A stretch of 64,000 nt of DNA from Lama glama (Eukaryota). Position 1 is the stretch's first letter; each line of letters begins with the position of its first letter. Shown in pieces: positions 1-13,310 of the stretch. A program made the translations under genes and the position numbers. Location of the stretch: NCBI GenBank assembly GCA_028534125.1, contig CM052816.1, forward strand, positions 12,030,001-12,094,000. Direction: 5' to 3'. The notes below the pieces were generated by a model. The model did not search any database, was not told where the DNA came from, and worked only from the letters and a program-made list of their open reading frames with translations.

Positions 1-188
1 GTCTTAACAGCTAGAATAAGACTCTCTAGGAACCTACATGGAACCCAGCCTTCTGTCATATAACAATGATAGGAGGAGCTTAGGGTTGGTTTTCAGGCAG
101 TAATTCAGAAAAATTCCTGTTTTGTTCAATGGGAAGTTTCCTGGCCCAGGACAGAAGATGTTCATATTGCACTCCTAGCTAGACTGTT

Positions 189-317
189 TAGTTAATTATT
201 TTATTTTGGTAGGGGGGAGGTAATTAGGTTTGTTTATTTTTAGTGGAGGTACCGGGGATTGAACCCAGGACTTGGTGCATGCTAAGCACGCACTCTACCT
301 CTTGAGCTATACCCTCC
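189..317 (-). mobile_element. tRNA-derived SINE, camelid Vic-1-like
   Basis: Minus strand reads gggagggtatagctcaag (A-box-like) ... ctgggttcaatccccgg (B-box) then an A-rich tail. Exact 15-bp TSD cctagctagactgtt at 174-188 and 318-332, followed by aa (L1 endonuclease TT/AA site). Confidence 0.88.
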
Positions 318-332
318 CCTAGCTAGACTGTT

Positions 333-410
333 AATACTGCCATAAACTTGAGCAAGTTACTTCCATATCCCCATGGTACTTTGCTCATATGAAATGGTAC
401 TCTCTCTCCT
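333..410 (+). mobile_element. MIR fragment
   Basis: cttgagcaagttacttcc...gctcatatgaaatgg resembles the MIR core; degraded. Confidence 0.4.
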
Positions 411-1927
411 CATGTTGCAGATGCCTTTGACTGTAAGAGTTAACTGTTCATTGTAAACAAACAGGAAAATTTAGAGAAGTATGAAGAAGAAACATAACCA
501 CCAAAATCAGTCTTCCAAACATACACACAATTAAGATTTTGTTGTAAATTCATTTTTAAGTAATTTATCATGTGCCTACCATGTGCCACTGTGATTTTAA
601 CTTTGTTATACAAGTGTGTATATTTACATATATAAATTAAAATTATAAAATTGATATTATGATGTTTAATTTCATGTCCTCTCCTTTTCATTTAAGCTAG
701 AGCCTCAAAGGACTGGCCTCTGAAAATATCTTTTTTATGGGGTGCATAACAGTGTATCATTTAGGTGGCTATACAATAATTAAGTAAGTAATTTATCATT
801 CACCTCCTGATAGCAACTAGGTTGAGGCTTATATTTCTCTTCATTCATATAGTTTCAGTCTCTGAATATTTCCCTAGGATAGTTCTGCAAAAGTTAGCTG
901 ATTGTAAAACTGGATTGGATATTTCTAAGGTTTCTGATAGGTTTTCAAGCATGAGTATGCCATTCTCATAACTCTCTCTTTTAATATCTACACACAGAAC
1001 ATTAGGACAAAGTTAGAAATGGCCAGGCAGAGGAAAACAGCAGGGCCCAGGCTTCTCACTCCTGGAGTGCATTTGGGCACCTTGTGGGCTAAGACTGACA
1101 CCTGAGCTTGAGGAGTGCCAAGGATTCCCTCTGGTGTCTTGAGGTTCTCTCACTTTACAAGCATCCAGTTTCAAGGCTCTTGCTCAAAAGTGACATTCTA
1201 CCAATGTTGTTGATGGGTGCCTGACTGCACAGAGCTCATGGTGATACAGGTAAACACCAAACAAGCAAAAACAAAACATAACAAAAAACACAGAGTAGGG
1301 TTTTGTTCTATATTAGCCAGATCTTCTCTGTGGCTGAATACAACTAATGTATGTCTATTGAAAATACAACATTTGGGTTGGCATGAAAATCTATGCCAGG
1401 AAATGCCCCCAAGAGAACGAAACATGTATCTGGCGATAATGGATGTTATTACTGGAAGCAACGTTTGTCTCCTTTTTTATCCCTGACTTTCATTCAACCG
1501 TAGTAAATTTTAATATGTGTGTCAGGTTTCCTACAATTTATATAAAATGAAATTCTTTGGGGAAGGTAACACCCAAGTGTCCATATGATTTCATGCTGCA
1601 GTCTCAGCTTAGATCTAAAGCTAATGTCAGTTTCTCATTCCTTCTCCTGGGGAGATGTCAACAGAAAATGAATGTTTCTCTGTGACTGGTATTTTTGATG
1701 GACCTGGCTATGCTTCTGCTCTCAGAAATCACCCCTTTCCGTGATCACAAGAAAAATAGGCCCATCTTTCAAGACAGAAATAATTTTTGCTTCACTAAAC
1801 ACAGTTTCTTACATTTGTTTTTAGGTTTAAAATCTGTTAGTTAATCTTTGTGTCATATCTTTTTATGAAAAATGTTTAATGTATGCTGGTTACCAAAACA
1901 GGCCCTTAGGCCTAATGGAATATGATT

Positions 1928-2047
1928 TTTTTTTTAATTGAAATATACCAGTTACAATCTGTCAGTTTCTGGTGTACAGCATAATGTCCCTGCCATACAA
2001 ATACATACGTGTATTTGTTTTCATATTCTTTTTCATTGAAGGTTACT
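1928..2047 (-). mobile_element. Short 5'-truncated L1 3' end
   Basis: Poly-T followed by aattgaaatata...gttacaat...ggtgtacagcataatg, the antisense of an L1 3' terminus. 8-bp TSD atatgatt at 1920-1927 and 2048-2055. Confidence 0.75.
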
Positions 2048-3127
2048 ATATGATTGGTTCTTGAAGCTTTCAGAATCAGATAATTATTCCTTTTATTTTT
2101 TTTTTTAGTTTTTTTGATTCACCTCTCCCAGCAATTATTCTTTTGCCCTTTTTACCAACTGAAGGTTGAGATGTATACTTGGAGGTACCATGGGATAGAC
2201 CATCAGGGGACACTGAAAGGGTATGTATCTGGACTACAGTAACCAGAATGACAGAGGACGTTACAATGTGGTGTATGAATGACAGCGGGAAGGACGAGGG
2301 CTGTGCTGCTTAGATAAGTACAACCTAGGATGAGGGATGGGAAGGGCAATGCTCGCCTTCAAAGAGCTGGACTGTGGTCAAGTGAAAATGTGAAGCTCCT
2401 TCTGTCGTGCAGTTGAGCAAATGGAAACAACTTCAAGGAGTGGGCTCAGGCTTCCCAATCTCTCTCAGCTTTCAGCTTCTCTCCACTCAGCGCTCAACCC
2501 CTCTAGTCTAAGAGATGCTGTCTTCTCCCTTAAGATCCTTCATATAGAAGACAAACTTCGTGTAAAGTAAGTCAACCCTATCCTGCATGAATACGAAAAC
2601 CCCAGCCCCTCCCTAAATTTCTGAGTATGTCCAGGGAGGGATTGTATGTCCTGGTTGTTCCTCTCCATTCTTGGTCTGAACTGCTGCTTAAAGCTCTTCC
2701 CTCTGTCACTCTTGGATGTTCTGTCACCACCTATCCCTGCCATTTAACTCTCTTCCCTTTGTTTGGCCTTAAAACTTGGACTGCTGTTGCCCCTTCCTTC
2801 ATTCCAAGACAGTGCTAACAAGAGGCCAAAACCAGGTTGTGGTGGATAATGAACTTTATCTGAAACTTGAAGATAATATCAAGCCATGTCAATTGAGATG
2901 AGGAAAGTTTGACTCAAAATTGGGTATCACCACCCCCCAAACCCGGTCCACCTCTCCTCTGTCACAGGAAGCTCCTTCTGGGCTGTTGCTCACTATGGCC
3001 CAGACTGTTGTCATACTGATAACATCCTCTATTTGTCTTATTTTGAATCTTCCACCAATGGCCTCATCTGAAATTTTTGTTTCTTGGTCTGTCAAGTGAA
3101 TCTGAAATATTTTTTAGCATCCTTTCT

Positions 3128-3502
3128 CAGGGCTGAATTATGTTGCCCCAAAATTCATGCATTGAAGTCTCAATCCCCAGGACCTCAGAATGTGACTGTA
3201 TTTGGAGATACAGCAAAAGGCAGATAAGTTAAAATAAGGCCATTAGGGTGACCTTCATCCAATGTGACTGGTGTCCTTATAAGAAGATGAACTGTGGACA
3301 AAAACACACATGAAGGGAGAATGCCATGTGAACATGAAGAAAGCCATTTACAAGCCATGGAGGAAGAGCTCAGAAGGAACCAACCCTGCTGACACTTAGA
3401 TCCTGGACTTGCAGCCTCCAGAACTTTGAGAAAATAAATTTCTGTGTTTGAGCCACCCAGTCCGTGGCACTTTTGTTACAGTAGCCCCAGGAAACTAATA
3501 CG
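3128..3502 (+). mobile_element. MLT1 (MaLR) solo LTR
   Basis: gggctgaattatgttgccccaaaattcat...cagaatgtgactgtatttggagat...cagcctccagaact...gaaactaatac: typical MLT1A-C motifs and end. Confidence 0.85.
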
Positions 3503-4119
3503 ACTCTCCCGCCTCCTTCTCATACCTCTGCCCATTGTTTTCAGAGTTGCACTGTCCCTCATTAAGGTATTCACTTAGGTTATTAAACCAAACACGCATA
3601 ACCAAATCCTGCTGTGTTAGTATTATCTCTATTCATGACTAAATCAGCTAATATTAAATAAATATTTGAAAGTCAGCAGTATGACCAAAAGGGCTCTCTG
3701 AGTGATCATCCACAGGAAAAGGAAGAATCTGCCCTAGACACTTGTTCACATTTTTGAGAAATTTCTGGCATTCTTAGAAGAGCCAGACTGTCTCCCGTTT
3801 CTAGCCATCACTGCTCAGAAGTATTGATATTTGGCCTCAGAGTGCTCCAGTGCTTTCCTTTACAAACCCAGGCTAGGGTTAAGGCTCTTCGTGAGCTCTA
3901 AAAGCACCAATTTACAAATATCGATGTCCTCAGTGTAACAGTCAGCCTGGTACTTGTACCCAAGCTTGTACCCAAGCAGGGTGCCAGAGCAAGGCACAGA
4001 GATGTGTGGCTGCGTTTTCTGCTTAGCCAGCACTTGCAGCAAGTGGACCAGCTCCTAACGTCTTACCTACCCAGCTGGGCCAATGTAAATTCCGTATCTT
4101 TATTAAAGCCTTATAGAAA

Positions 4120-4320
4120 TGACTCTGTGCCAGACCCTATGCTAGGAACTTGAGATACTTTATCCCATTAGGTCCTCATCACAACCCTAAGATACAGGAG
4201 TTGCCCCATTTTACAGATGAGGAAATGGAGATTTGAAGCATTTCAGTGGCTTACCCAAAATCACGGGTATTCAGAGGTGGTGCTGGGCTGATGTGCCCAG
4301 GTTCACATGCCGCCGAAGCC
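4120..4320 (-). mobile_element. MIR
   Basis: ccccattttacagatgaggaaa is the antisense MIR core. Confidence 0.75.
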
Positions 4321-4674
4321 CCAGCTTTTCATCTCTCTGTATGGCTTCATTGTAAGCCTTTCTGTTTCTTCAGCCTTCACTCATCACCTCTCAACCTCTC
4401 TATCAAATGTCACTGTAACCGCTCAGCACTTAGTTGTGGCTCGCTCTGAATTCTCTGTCTATTTAACGTGTGTTGGTCCAGTGTCCCTGGTTATCTGGTA
4501 ACTCTTCTGTGATAAACAGTACTTACAGCTGTACCATGTTCACTCTTGTGCAGTCTCGCTGGAAACTCCTTGCTTCTGATTTCCCAGGTGCTCAAGGAGA
4601 CCTCCTGGACTTCTCCTTTGGAACCTCTCCTAACAACATACCCCAAACAAGGGGTCGTTTGGTGGACATTGTTC

Positions 4675-4905
4675 GAGAGGCAATGCAATGCAGAGGTAAG
4701 GGTTGTGGCCTAATCCTCGGGATGTCACAGTTCCAGGCTCAGCTGTTAACTCTTACCGGCTCTTTGGCCCTAGATGAGTTACTTTAACTCCTCTGTGCCT
4801 TTGTTTACTCATCTGTAAAACAGAGATGATAAATACCACCTCACAGACTTAGTGTGAGAAATGGAGACAAGACTAGGCCTGAAGATGCTGCATAAACTGT
4901 AAAGT
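4675..4905 (+). mobile_element. MIR
   Basis: gttactttaactcctctgtgcct...ctcatctgtaaaa...acctcacag, MIR core. Confidence 0.75.
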
Positions 4906-4924
4906 ACTATTCACATACAAGAGA

Positions 4925-5389
4925 TACAAAGCAGTGGTAGCTTTATTATCAACACTGGCCAGCAGTGAACAGCATCCGTCAGTGATCTTATTTTCTCCAT
5001 GGAAAAAGAATGTGGTGGTCTGCAAAGTTTCTTCCTGTTTTCACACTCTGTGAATTTCTCCTTATGGTGGTGGTGAGAATGCGTGGGACTGGCTGGGGTG
5101 GCTGTGTGGGCCAGACCTTCCAAAGTGAGAACTGATGCCTTCCATGCAAAGAGCTCATCACTCACATCCCACTTGCCAGCAGCAAGATCACATCTCACGT
5201 GGGGGCTGTCTGCGTCTTCGGGGAAGAGGTGGTGTGGTTACATGAATCATGTTGTCGCCAGTGCAGATGGAGAAATGCCACTCTCTGTGAGTCTACAGGT
5301 CTAACAACTCTCCTCTGTACTGCGTATGTCAGCTCACAGCTGTGTGCTGATGTCTCTGAACTCTTATCCCAAAGAGGATAAAATACAAT
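4925..5389 (-). other. Candidate 3'-terminal exon of an unannotated minus-strand transcript
   Basis: Acceptor ttcatcttcag| with AG at 5390-5391. AATAAA at 4942-4947 (minus) followed by U/GU-rich ttgtatctcttgtatgtg. Not recognised as a repeat; no recognisable protein. Confidence 0.25.
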
Positions 5390-6169
5390 CTGAAGATGAA
5401 CATTGGCTCACTTTCCTTTCTTTCAGAGTGCAGTTGTTTTTCAGGATACCTTTCTTATACCCCCAAACACAAATTCCTTGCTATTTCTCTTTTCTCTTGA
5501 CAAAGTAAGTGGGAATGAGGGCGTGGTAACAGAGGTGGAAATGGAACAAACATATTTCCAGACTGACTGCTAAAAGGTGGGTTTACTAACCATCTGACAG
5601 AAGCTCTGAGAGTGCTAAAGGGGTCTGGAGATTTCCCCCAGTGGCATTAGGTAGAAACACGAAGGTATTTAGGACTCTGTGTTCCCTGACCTTGCTGCAC
5701 CTTAGTCTTGAATAAGTGGAAGCAAAGTAGGCCATGCAACCACAGAGTTGGCTTCTTCTCTAGGAATGGTGACAGTTCTAAAAAAGTAATTTTTACTACT
5801 AAGTGCTCAGCTAGTGGAAGTCTATTTTCTTCAGAGAAAATGACTTTTACAATTTTTAAGAATGCCTAACTTCTCCAGAGATTCCCAGAGATGTAGATGC
5901 TAAATGGCATGATCCAAAGAGTTGGACTGACTTTGGGGACAACACACACGAGTCCCACTTATTCTTCTCCAAGTTATCTTCGAATTATTTTTAAAAATGA
6001 CTCAAACTGCCCTGATTTCAAAATATTTATGGAAAATAGTTGACATTTCTTGTTCTGCAGTCTAATGTTCCTCAGACTTTATCTCCAAACCATCTTTCTA
6101 GGTATACCCCTTTCTCTAATTGTCTAGGTATCCTGTATTTTGGCCATACAAGTTAGCTATCATTGTTTT

Positions 6170-6720
6170 CAGCTATTCAGATGATTTCATACTTTGCCTT
6201 ATATACCTGGTATTCTCCCAGCTTGGAACAATCTTCTAGGTATTGAATCTTTTTTCATTCTTTAAGTCCCCATCGAAATGCCACATTTTCACAACATTGC
6301 TCATGAATTTCCCAATGGAATATTCACCCCATATTTAATATTTAGCAGTTCATTATTTATACTGTTATTGAATATTTCATTCTGACCTGCTCAGAACTTA
6401 TGAAGCATTTGTCTTCCCCACTTTTTCTGAAAACAAATATTTTATTGAAGCAGGTTGGGCTCATCTATTCACTTATTCATCCATTGAGCAAAAATGAATT
6501 GATCCATATTAATAAACTAGTATCTCTGTATCTGGCCTAATTTCTACCCAAATATGTATTTACAATATCTGTCTTCCTTTTTTCGATCACAGCCAACTGG
6601 AGTACAAAAATCCCATGTTATTTAGTTTTGAATTCCTTAGCTACTCTCATATGGTGGGTACTTTGTAATGTGTAGTGAATGGAATGGATGGATGGATGGA
6701 CAGATGAATGGATAGATGAA
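6170..6720 (+). mobile_element. L2 3' fragments ending in a (TGGA/TGAA)n tail
   Basis: Degraded L2-like motifs (cccagcttggaacaatctt, aaatgccacattttc) and gaatggatggatggatgga at 6682-6720. Confidence 0.5.
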
Positions 6721-6819
6721 TTAGGCAACAGAAAAAGGTGATGGAATAAATTATGAATTAAGAATATTATCCTGACCTTGCCTGAAGACAACTGCTTTTG
6801 CTTAGAACCACTGCAGTGT

Positions 6820-7394
6820 GTGTGTTTAGTATCTGTTACTTTTGGTTATTATTTTTGTGTGCTTCATAGCCCTTCATTTGGGGAACCACCTCTTACTCAT
6901 TCCATAGTAATCTGCGTGGTCCATGAGGCTCAGATGAGTTTACTCATTCCCAAATTTTGTCATGTGATCCAAGCCTAACAGAGCATTCCGTTCACTCAAG
7001 GGGAGCAACTGGCTGAGGGATGAAAATGAGATCTGATCTGGGACAATTACTTTTCTCAAGAAATTGAACAAAGTTAGGGGAGGAGACTCTCTTTTCTATC
7101 TGAGGGGCTTTGAGTATGAGGTTGATGTGAGCTGAAGATAAAGCACCCTTTCTTCCTACCATCAGAGAAAAAGCTTAGATAAGAATAAAGCCAGGCTTGG
7201 GGGTAAAAAAAAGAAGTGTAGTTGAGGGACAGAAAGAGAAAAAAACAGTGTGAATATTGTGTTTGAACCATGAGATCTAGCCAAGCCTGTAGCCGACTTT
7301 TCAGGATGTGTGTAAATATATCCTTTCATTTTTTTTTACATTAGTTAATATTCAATTACTGTTGCTTTGAAGTAAAAGAACCCTAATTAACACA
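6820..7394 (+). mobile_element. Old MLT1-type LTR
   Basis: LTR-like end ctgttgctttgaagtaaaagaaccctaattaacaca and internal MLT1-like motifs. Confidence 0.5.
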
Positions 7395-7621
7395 GGATGA
7401 TCTAAAGAAATTGTCCCAATATTGTCACTCTTTATATTAAACACTTGTATCTCTGAGGAAAATCACCGTAATCCACTGGAAATTTAGTCAGCTACTAGGC
7501 TATGGGGAAAAAAAATCCATAAAAAAATGAAGGTATATAAAAATCTGTACCTCTATGCCTTCCCCTTAACTTTAACCCCTGCAAGCCCTTTCTTTCTCCT
7601 TTTCTTTTTCTTCCTTTCCCT

Positions 7622-7765
7622 CCAGTTTTATTGAGATATAAGTGACACCCAATGCTGCATTAGTTTAAGGTGTCCAACACAATGATTTAATAGATGTATG
7701 TATTACAAAATGATTGCCAAAAGGAAGCCTGGTTAACATCTATCAGATCACTTATTTATAGTTTT
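7622..7765 (-). mobile_element. L1 3' end fragment
   Basis: ttttattgagatataagtgaca...tagtttaaggtgtccaacacaatgattt, antisense L1MA-type 3' terminus. Confidence 0.7.
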
Positions 7766-7769
7766 TTTT

Positions 7770-8945
7770 AATTGCCAAGTCCTGCAAGTCCTTTTTAACT
7801 AAACATCTTCTTCCTTTCCCAGGTACATAACTTATTTTCGTCTCCATGGCCATCCTATGACTCAAGTCACCCTCCTGTCTCACCTCCACTCCAGCAGCAG
7901 ACTCCCTACTAGGCTCTAGTCCTTTACTCTCTTCACACTTAATTCTCTGCCCAAGGCCAGGATCATTTCTCTGAAACACAGTATGTATCATGTTAATATG
8001 CTATTTGAAACCTATCATTGCCCCTCATTGCTCTCAGAAAAGAAGTCCAAATCTTTTGGCTTAATTTGAAGACCTATATTCTGGCCATCTTTGCTTCTTT
8101 TAACTCTCTCTTAGCCCTTCTTCCTAAAACCACATTAACATTTTAAAAAAATTTCTTGAGCATGCCAGTCTCTTTCTTCATTCTAGGCCTTTGCATATTC
8201 TGTTCTCTTTCCCTGGAATGCCCTTTCACTCGTTACACTATAAAATAGTTCCTTCTCCTTTGTATCAATTACATAATGTCTGCCCAAAATTCATGTCTGC
8301 CTGGAATCTCAGAATAAGACTATTTGTAAATAGGATCTCTGCAGATGTAATTACAATAAGAATGAGATGAGATTATATTGGATTAGAGTGGACACTAAAT
8401 CCAAAGAGGATGTCCTTATAAGAAACAGAGAAGGATCTACAGAGAAGCAGAGAAGTCAATGTGAGGATGAAGTCAGCGATTAGAATGATGCATTTTTAAG
8501 CCAAAAGACACCAAGGATTGCCTGCAGCCTCCAGAAGCTAGGAGAGAGGAAGGGGACACTTTCTTTTGTGAGGCTCCAGATAAAACCTATACTGCGGACA
8601 AGTTGATTTTGGATTTCCAGCCTCCTGATCTGTGACATTACACTTCTGTTGTTTTAGGTTAACTCGTTTGTGGGACTTTGCTACAACAACCCTAGAAAAT
8701 GAATACGCCTTTCTTTGGGTATCACTGTACATGGTACCTCCTGTGGGAAGCCTTCCCTTAGTCTGAGTCAAATAGCCCTCTGATGTGGTGCCCTAGGATC
8801 CTCTATTATTTTTCGTTTCATTATGTTGAAATTTCCTGTTTGTTTGGCTTCCAGGAGGCTCCGCTACATAGCCTTTCACAGATGGGTGCCCAGGACCTAT
8901 CACCATGGCCGGCATGTAACAGGCTTCTGCAAGCATGCTTTGACT
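7770..8945 (+). mobile_element. L2, interrupted by an MLT1 LTR
   Basis: ggcctttgcatattctgttctctttccctggaatgccct and other L2 3' motifs on both sides of the MLT1. Confidence 0.7.
8262..8707 (+). mobile_element. MLT1C-like solo LTR nested in L2
   Basis: tgta...cccaaaattcatgtc...caaggattgcctgcagcctccagaagctagga...ctagaaaatgaatac. Confidence 0.85.
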
Positions 8946-10134
8946 GACTTACTATGCTTTTTCCCCTCCCTCCTTCCGACTCCTAGTGAAGTGGATGCTC
9001 TGCAGCAAGTGCTCAGTAAATGTGGTTCACCTGATGATGGCTTCTGTCACTTGGCTTGTCCTGCTTGCTGGTATGGGTGTGGCCCATCGACTATGGCTCT
9101 CACTGAACCTCAGCCCCACTAGAGAGTGTAGAGCTTGCCCAGAGGGGGTTCCATCTGTACAGCCCTTAATAATTCCACAATCCTTTCTTGTGCATAACTG
9201 GAGGTGAATGTCCGAAAGCCCTGTGAAGCATGTGTAACAAGTGTTCTAGTCTCTAATATTGGGGGGGGGGAAGCCAAATCTTATAACTAGACAGTCACAC
9301 TAGAACTGAGAAGTTTTGATTCCATCTCCATCATTCCTGACACTGAATTCTTTGACCCTCTTAACACGGGAACAAACACATCACAGTCCTTCAAGTATCC
9401 ATTAAAAAGTGTTTCTATTGATCCTTTTGATTAAAGGGAAGATAAATTTGTTGTGGGGGACTTAAACAAGGTGACAGGGAGTGTGGGGCAGTAGAATTCT
9501 AAGGGCAACATCTCAGAAGAGTCTCACGATGGCAGATAGCCATGGGCGTCATGTGAGCTCTCATTAGGCTTCTAGGCTATTTCCAAATGTGTCCTACCTC
9601 ATTGGAAATATACTATGGAGCCAGAAAACCAGTGGATGATGTGAAAACTAAATGGAAAAGAAATGAAAGAAGAACTAGAGAGTGCATACTGGTTCCGAAT
9701 AAAACAAGAGGAGACGCAACTGTGCATCAATAATAAGTCAGTGCTCTACAGGAGCCGAGGAGCTGGCCGTGCAAGTGTGCATGAGGAGCGAAGCACTCTG
9801 GGAATGAAGAGGCGGTCAAAAATAGCAACATATTTTTTCTTTCAAAATTTCCACTTGGGGAGTACTTGGAGGCTAGTCAGGCCTGGGAGTTCCAGGTTTC
9901 TCCTGAGATAAATACATGATATTTGCTCCCTTTGCGTGTGTGGAATAAGTTCACAGAAATATATGTACACCTCCAAAGTCTATCTGCTGAGAGAAGAAAA
10001 ACTATTAGTGAGACGGAAACATAAAATGTGTTGAAACAGTATATACTCATTGGAAGTGGAAAAATACAAGACAGTGTGTTTGTTAAGTAGGTTCAAACAG
10101 GAGGAGTGAAGAAGCCTGCATTTCTACTCCAGAT

Positions 10135-10395
10135 GGTACACTGTGTGGTTAAACACAGGGCCTTTTCAGTTACACTGACTTGCTAGAAATCTTGGCGCTA
10201 TTACTAACTCATCTGTATAACTTTGGACAAGTTATTTCATTTCTTCACGTCTCACTAGAAATCTATAAAATGGGGGCAAATAATATACATAATTCATAGG
10301 GCTGTGATAAGAATAAAAGCAATTATGACATAAATAATGTACAATAGTGCACAGCACACAACAGACACTCGATAAATATAAGCCCTTATTTTTAA
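10135..10395 (+). mobile_element. MIR
   Basis: ttggacaagttatttcatttc...ctataaaatggggg...gcacagcacaca...gataaatat. Confidence 0.7.
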
Positions 10396-10459
10396 TATTT
10401 ATTCATGTGGATTCAGCAATAAGAATAGAAAGATGAGAGAGAAATATACACAATAGTCA

Positions 10460-10650
10460 AGTGCTCAGGCTGCCTGGACAGGCAGACCTTGCCCCTTGTT
10501 GGCTGTGTGCTATTAGGGAGTGATGTAATTTCTCTAAGCCTTATTGTCTTCTCTGGTAAGTTAAGACGGTGATAGTATCTTGCTCACAAGGTTGTTGTGT
10601 TTCTAAATACCTGATTACCTGGCACATAGTACAGGGTCTACAAATGGCAG
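10460..10650 (+). mobile_element. MIR
   Basis: ggctgtgtgc...tctctaagcct...caaggttgttgtg...cctggcacatagt. Confidence 0.65.
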
Positions 10651-11439
10651 CTCTATCCATTACCAAGTTAGAATTCTTATGAATTGGCTGTGGGAACTGA
10701 CTGCTTCAGCAAAATACAATATGTAAAGCAGTAAAGATTTTCATTCCATGGGCCACTTAGAGGAAAAGCCCTTTAATTCAGCTTTTTAAAGAAACAAAAA
10801 AAGAAAAAAAATCAATGAAGGAAATAACCTTGCTGAAAAAAGATGAAAGAGGATATCGCATTTTCAGTTGTAAGGTAAGGCATGTTCCTGGTGGGGTCTG
10901 TGCGTGTGTGTGGGGGGGGGTGTTTTCCCTGTAGGTATCAAAGTGACAGCCAGTATTCCTTTGTCAGCCTTTATTTGGGGATAGAACAAATACTGAGGAT
11001 GCACAAACATCCTCTATGGACCTTTTGGAGATTGTCTTTCACTAAGAAACCTCTTGATCTCCTTCAGAGGCATCTCGACGGGTGTAGCCATGTGCTACTG
11101 TGGTCACTGGAAACCCATACAATTTTGAAAAACTTTAAGAGGAGAGCATGGAGGTGGTCGACGACTAAAATGTTTCACAAAATTCAGCCCTCAGTTGGAT
11201 CCTAAAATGTAAATTCAATATGGAACAGCACACCTAAGCATCAGAGTCTGACAGCTGAGGTCCCACCATTAAGGCAAAAAGGTGTTTCTGTGGATACCCT
11301 GGGAGGCAGCTTGAAGGTGATGCTGAGTCAGGGGTGAGAAGCAATAACTAGTCTTAGTGAGCATGTTTCAGGCACTACATTATTTTCCTTTATTTATTTC
11401 CTCTCATAAGGTTCTGAGATATGTAACATGGTGAGTATT

Positions 11440-11640
11440 TAAGATCAGATATTTGGCCCCAGGTAGGCTGGGGTTCTAGTCTCAGCTTTTCTGCCTGCTA
11501 GCTGGGTGAACATGGGCACAATAAGTCTCCATTTTTCCATGGGGCTAATAAATCTGCCTTCCTGGGCTCTTCTCAGGATTGTGTAAACCATTGAATGTGA
11601 AGATGCTCGCACAACACCTGCCTCATGGTACCTGGTCAAG
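11440..11640 (+). mobile_element. MIR
   Basis: gggttctagtctcagct...gctagctgggtgaacatgggca...caggattgtgt. Confidence 0.6.
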
Positions 11641-11914
11641 AAGGAAGTTTCAACTCTTGTTATCCTGCTGCAGAAAAGGAAATTATGACTTAGGAGAGGG
11701 CCCAAACTGGCTAAAACCAGAAATCTTAACTAATGGAGAATCTGGCAAGATGATATAAAGTCCATGTTATTTCTAGGCACTGCCAAGTTTCTCCATTCTC
11801 CAACCATGAGCCATGATTATGAAGAATTCCCTCAAGAGCTCCCTCCCCCATCTCCTCGCGCTGTCACACTTAACACGCTCCTTCCCGACAGTAACTGCAA
11901 GACTTATTACCACA

Positions 11915-12140
11915 CGTGCCATATGTACCATGTAGCAAGGCTCGCGCTTAACTTTTTATATACATTATTTTATTTCATTGCAATTAAGACCCTACGAGAT
12001 ACCGTTTTTTGACCCGTGAAGATGAGGTAAGTGAAGCATAGAGAGAACAAATAATCTGTCCCACATCTCACAAACAAGACAGTGAGAGAACAAGGATCTG
12101 AACTTGGTTTGTTAAACTTCAAAGCTCATACTCTACTACA
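11915..12140 (-). mobile_element. MIR
   Basis: gaagatgaggtaagtgaagcatagagag...ggatctgaactt, antisense MIR. Confidence 0.6.
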
Positions 12141-12934
12141 TCACTCCCGATATTAACTTAGAGCCTTCTGCTATTTCTCTTCAGATCTAAGAAACTAAAA
12201 TCAAATTGAAATATAAGAATAAACACTGAGTGCCCTTTCTAGGATCCCTAGACTCGGCAAATACAAACTTGACAAAATATGACACGTATGCCACCATAAG
12301 ACCCTGCTTGGGCACTCAAAGCTTGGCACTTTTTCCTAAGTCTTGATGTAGCCTCAGAATTCTTTTCAGTGGAGACCCACGATCAGTCAGAGTTAATAAA
12401 CAGGATGCATATTTGTTTGCAGTCTCAGATCTATTTCAACAGGCTCCTTTCATATAGGAGGATCTTCATATTCTGAGAAGGAAGGTTACTTTTCCAAGAT
12501 CACAGCATGTCAATGGCAGATACAGCCTGGGAACTGGACCCCAGGCTTCCAGCACATGCTCTTTTCCACTAATCCCCAAAGCTTATCCTGACTTCTTTTG
12601 CTCCAGGGAGACCCTGCGTGCAATTGGGCAGCCTTTGAAAGTCACAAGCAAGAAGCCACTAACAGGGCACACTCTGCCTGGGTATTTGTGAGCAAACCTT
12701 CAACGCTCACCACTGCTTTTTAGTTAATATTCCTTTATGATTCTAAGCTTCTTGTTAGCCTCCTACTGAAATATGGCTCATGTAACTTGGTTTCAGATAC
12801 AATCCATAGGCTAATTCTTGTGCTTTGATCCATCCTAGTTCTAAATTGCTTGCTAAAAGTAAAGTAAGTCAGATTGGTGGCTACTCGCAACATCTCAGAA
12901 GGTATCAAAATATATACTCTGGCGAAACAACATC

Positions 12935-13310
12935 TGTAGTAGTCATGATAGGTTAACTGCTATCAAAACCAATACTCGAACCAGTGGCTTAATACAATAA
13001 AAAGTAGTTTTTCACTGTCCAAAGCAGGTTGGTGGCAAAGAAAGGATGGATGGTGGAGGGAGGTTGCATCTCATACAACTCTTCAGGGTCTCAACGTAAC
13101 TCTGCACTCAGTGGGTAGACGGGAAAAGAGAAAGAAACTGGAGATTCCTGTGGGAGGTTTTTTATGGGCCAGACCTTGAAGTGATGCCCATTTCCTACTT
13201 TCATTGTTCAGGACCCAGTCCCAGGATCAAAATTAACCATAAGGAAAGATGGGTTATGTAGTGTCTAGCTGGGTGCCCAGGAGGCAAAAGTGTTGGCATT
13301 CAGCTTGCCA
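12935..13310 (-). mobile_element. Old ERVL solo LTR (LTR33/LTR16-like)
   Basis: gggaggttttttatgggccagaccttgaagtg...tgtagtgtctagctgggtgcccaggagg resembles the antisense LTR33-type consensus. Confidence 0.55.

Noticed and set aside
3953..3976. 12-bp tandem duplication cttgtacccaag x2
   Set aside because: Ordinary slippage duplication with no further structure.
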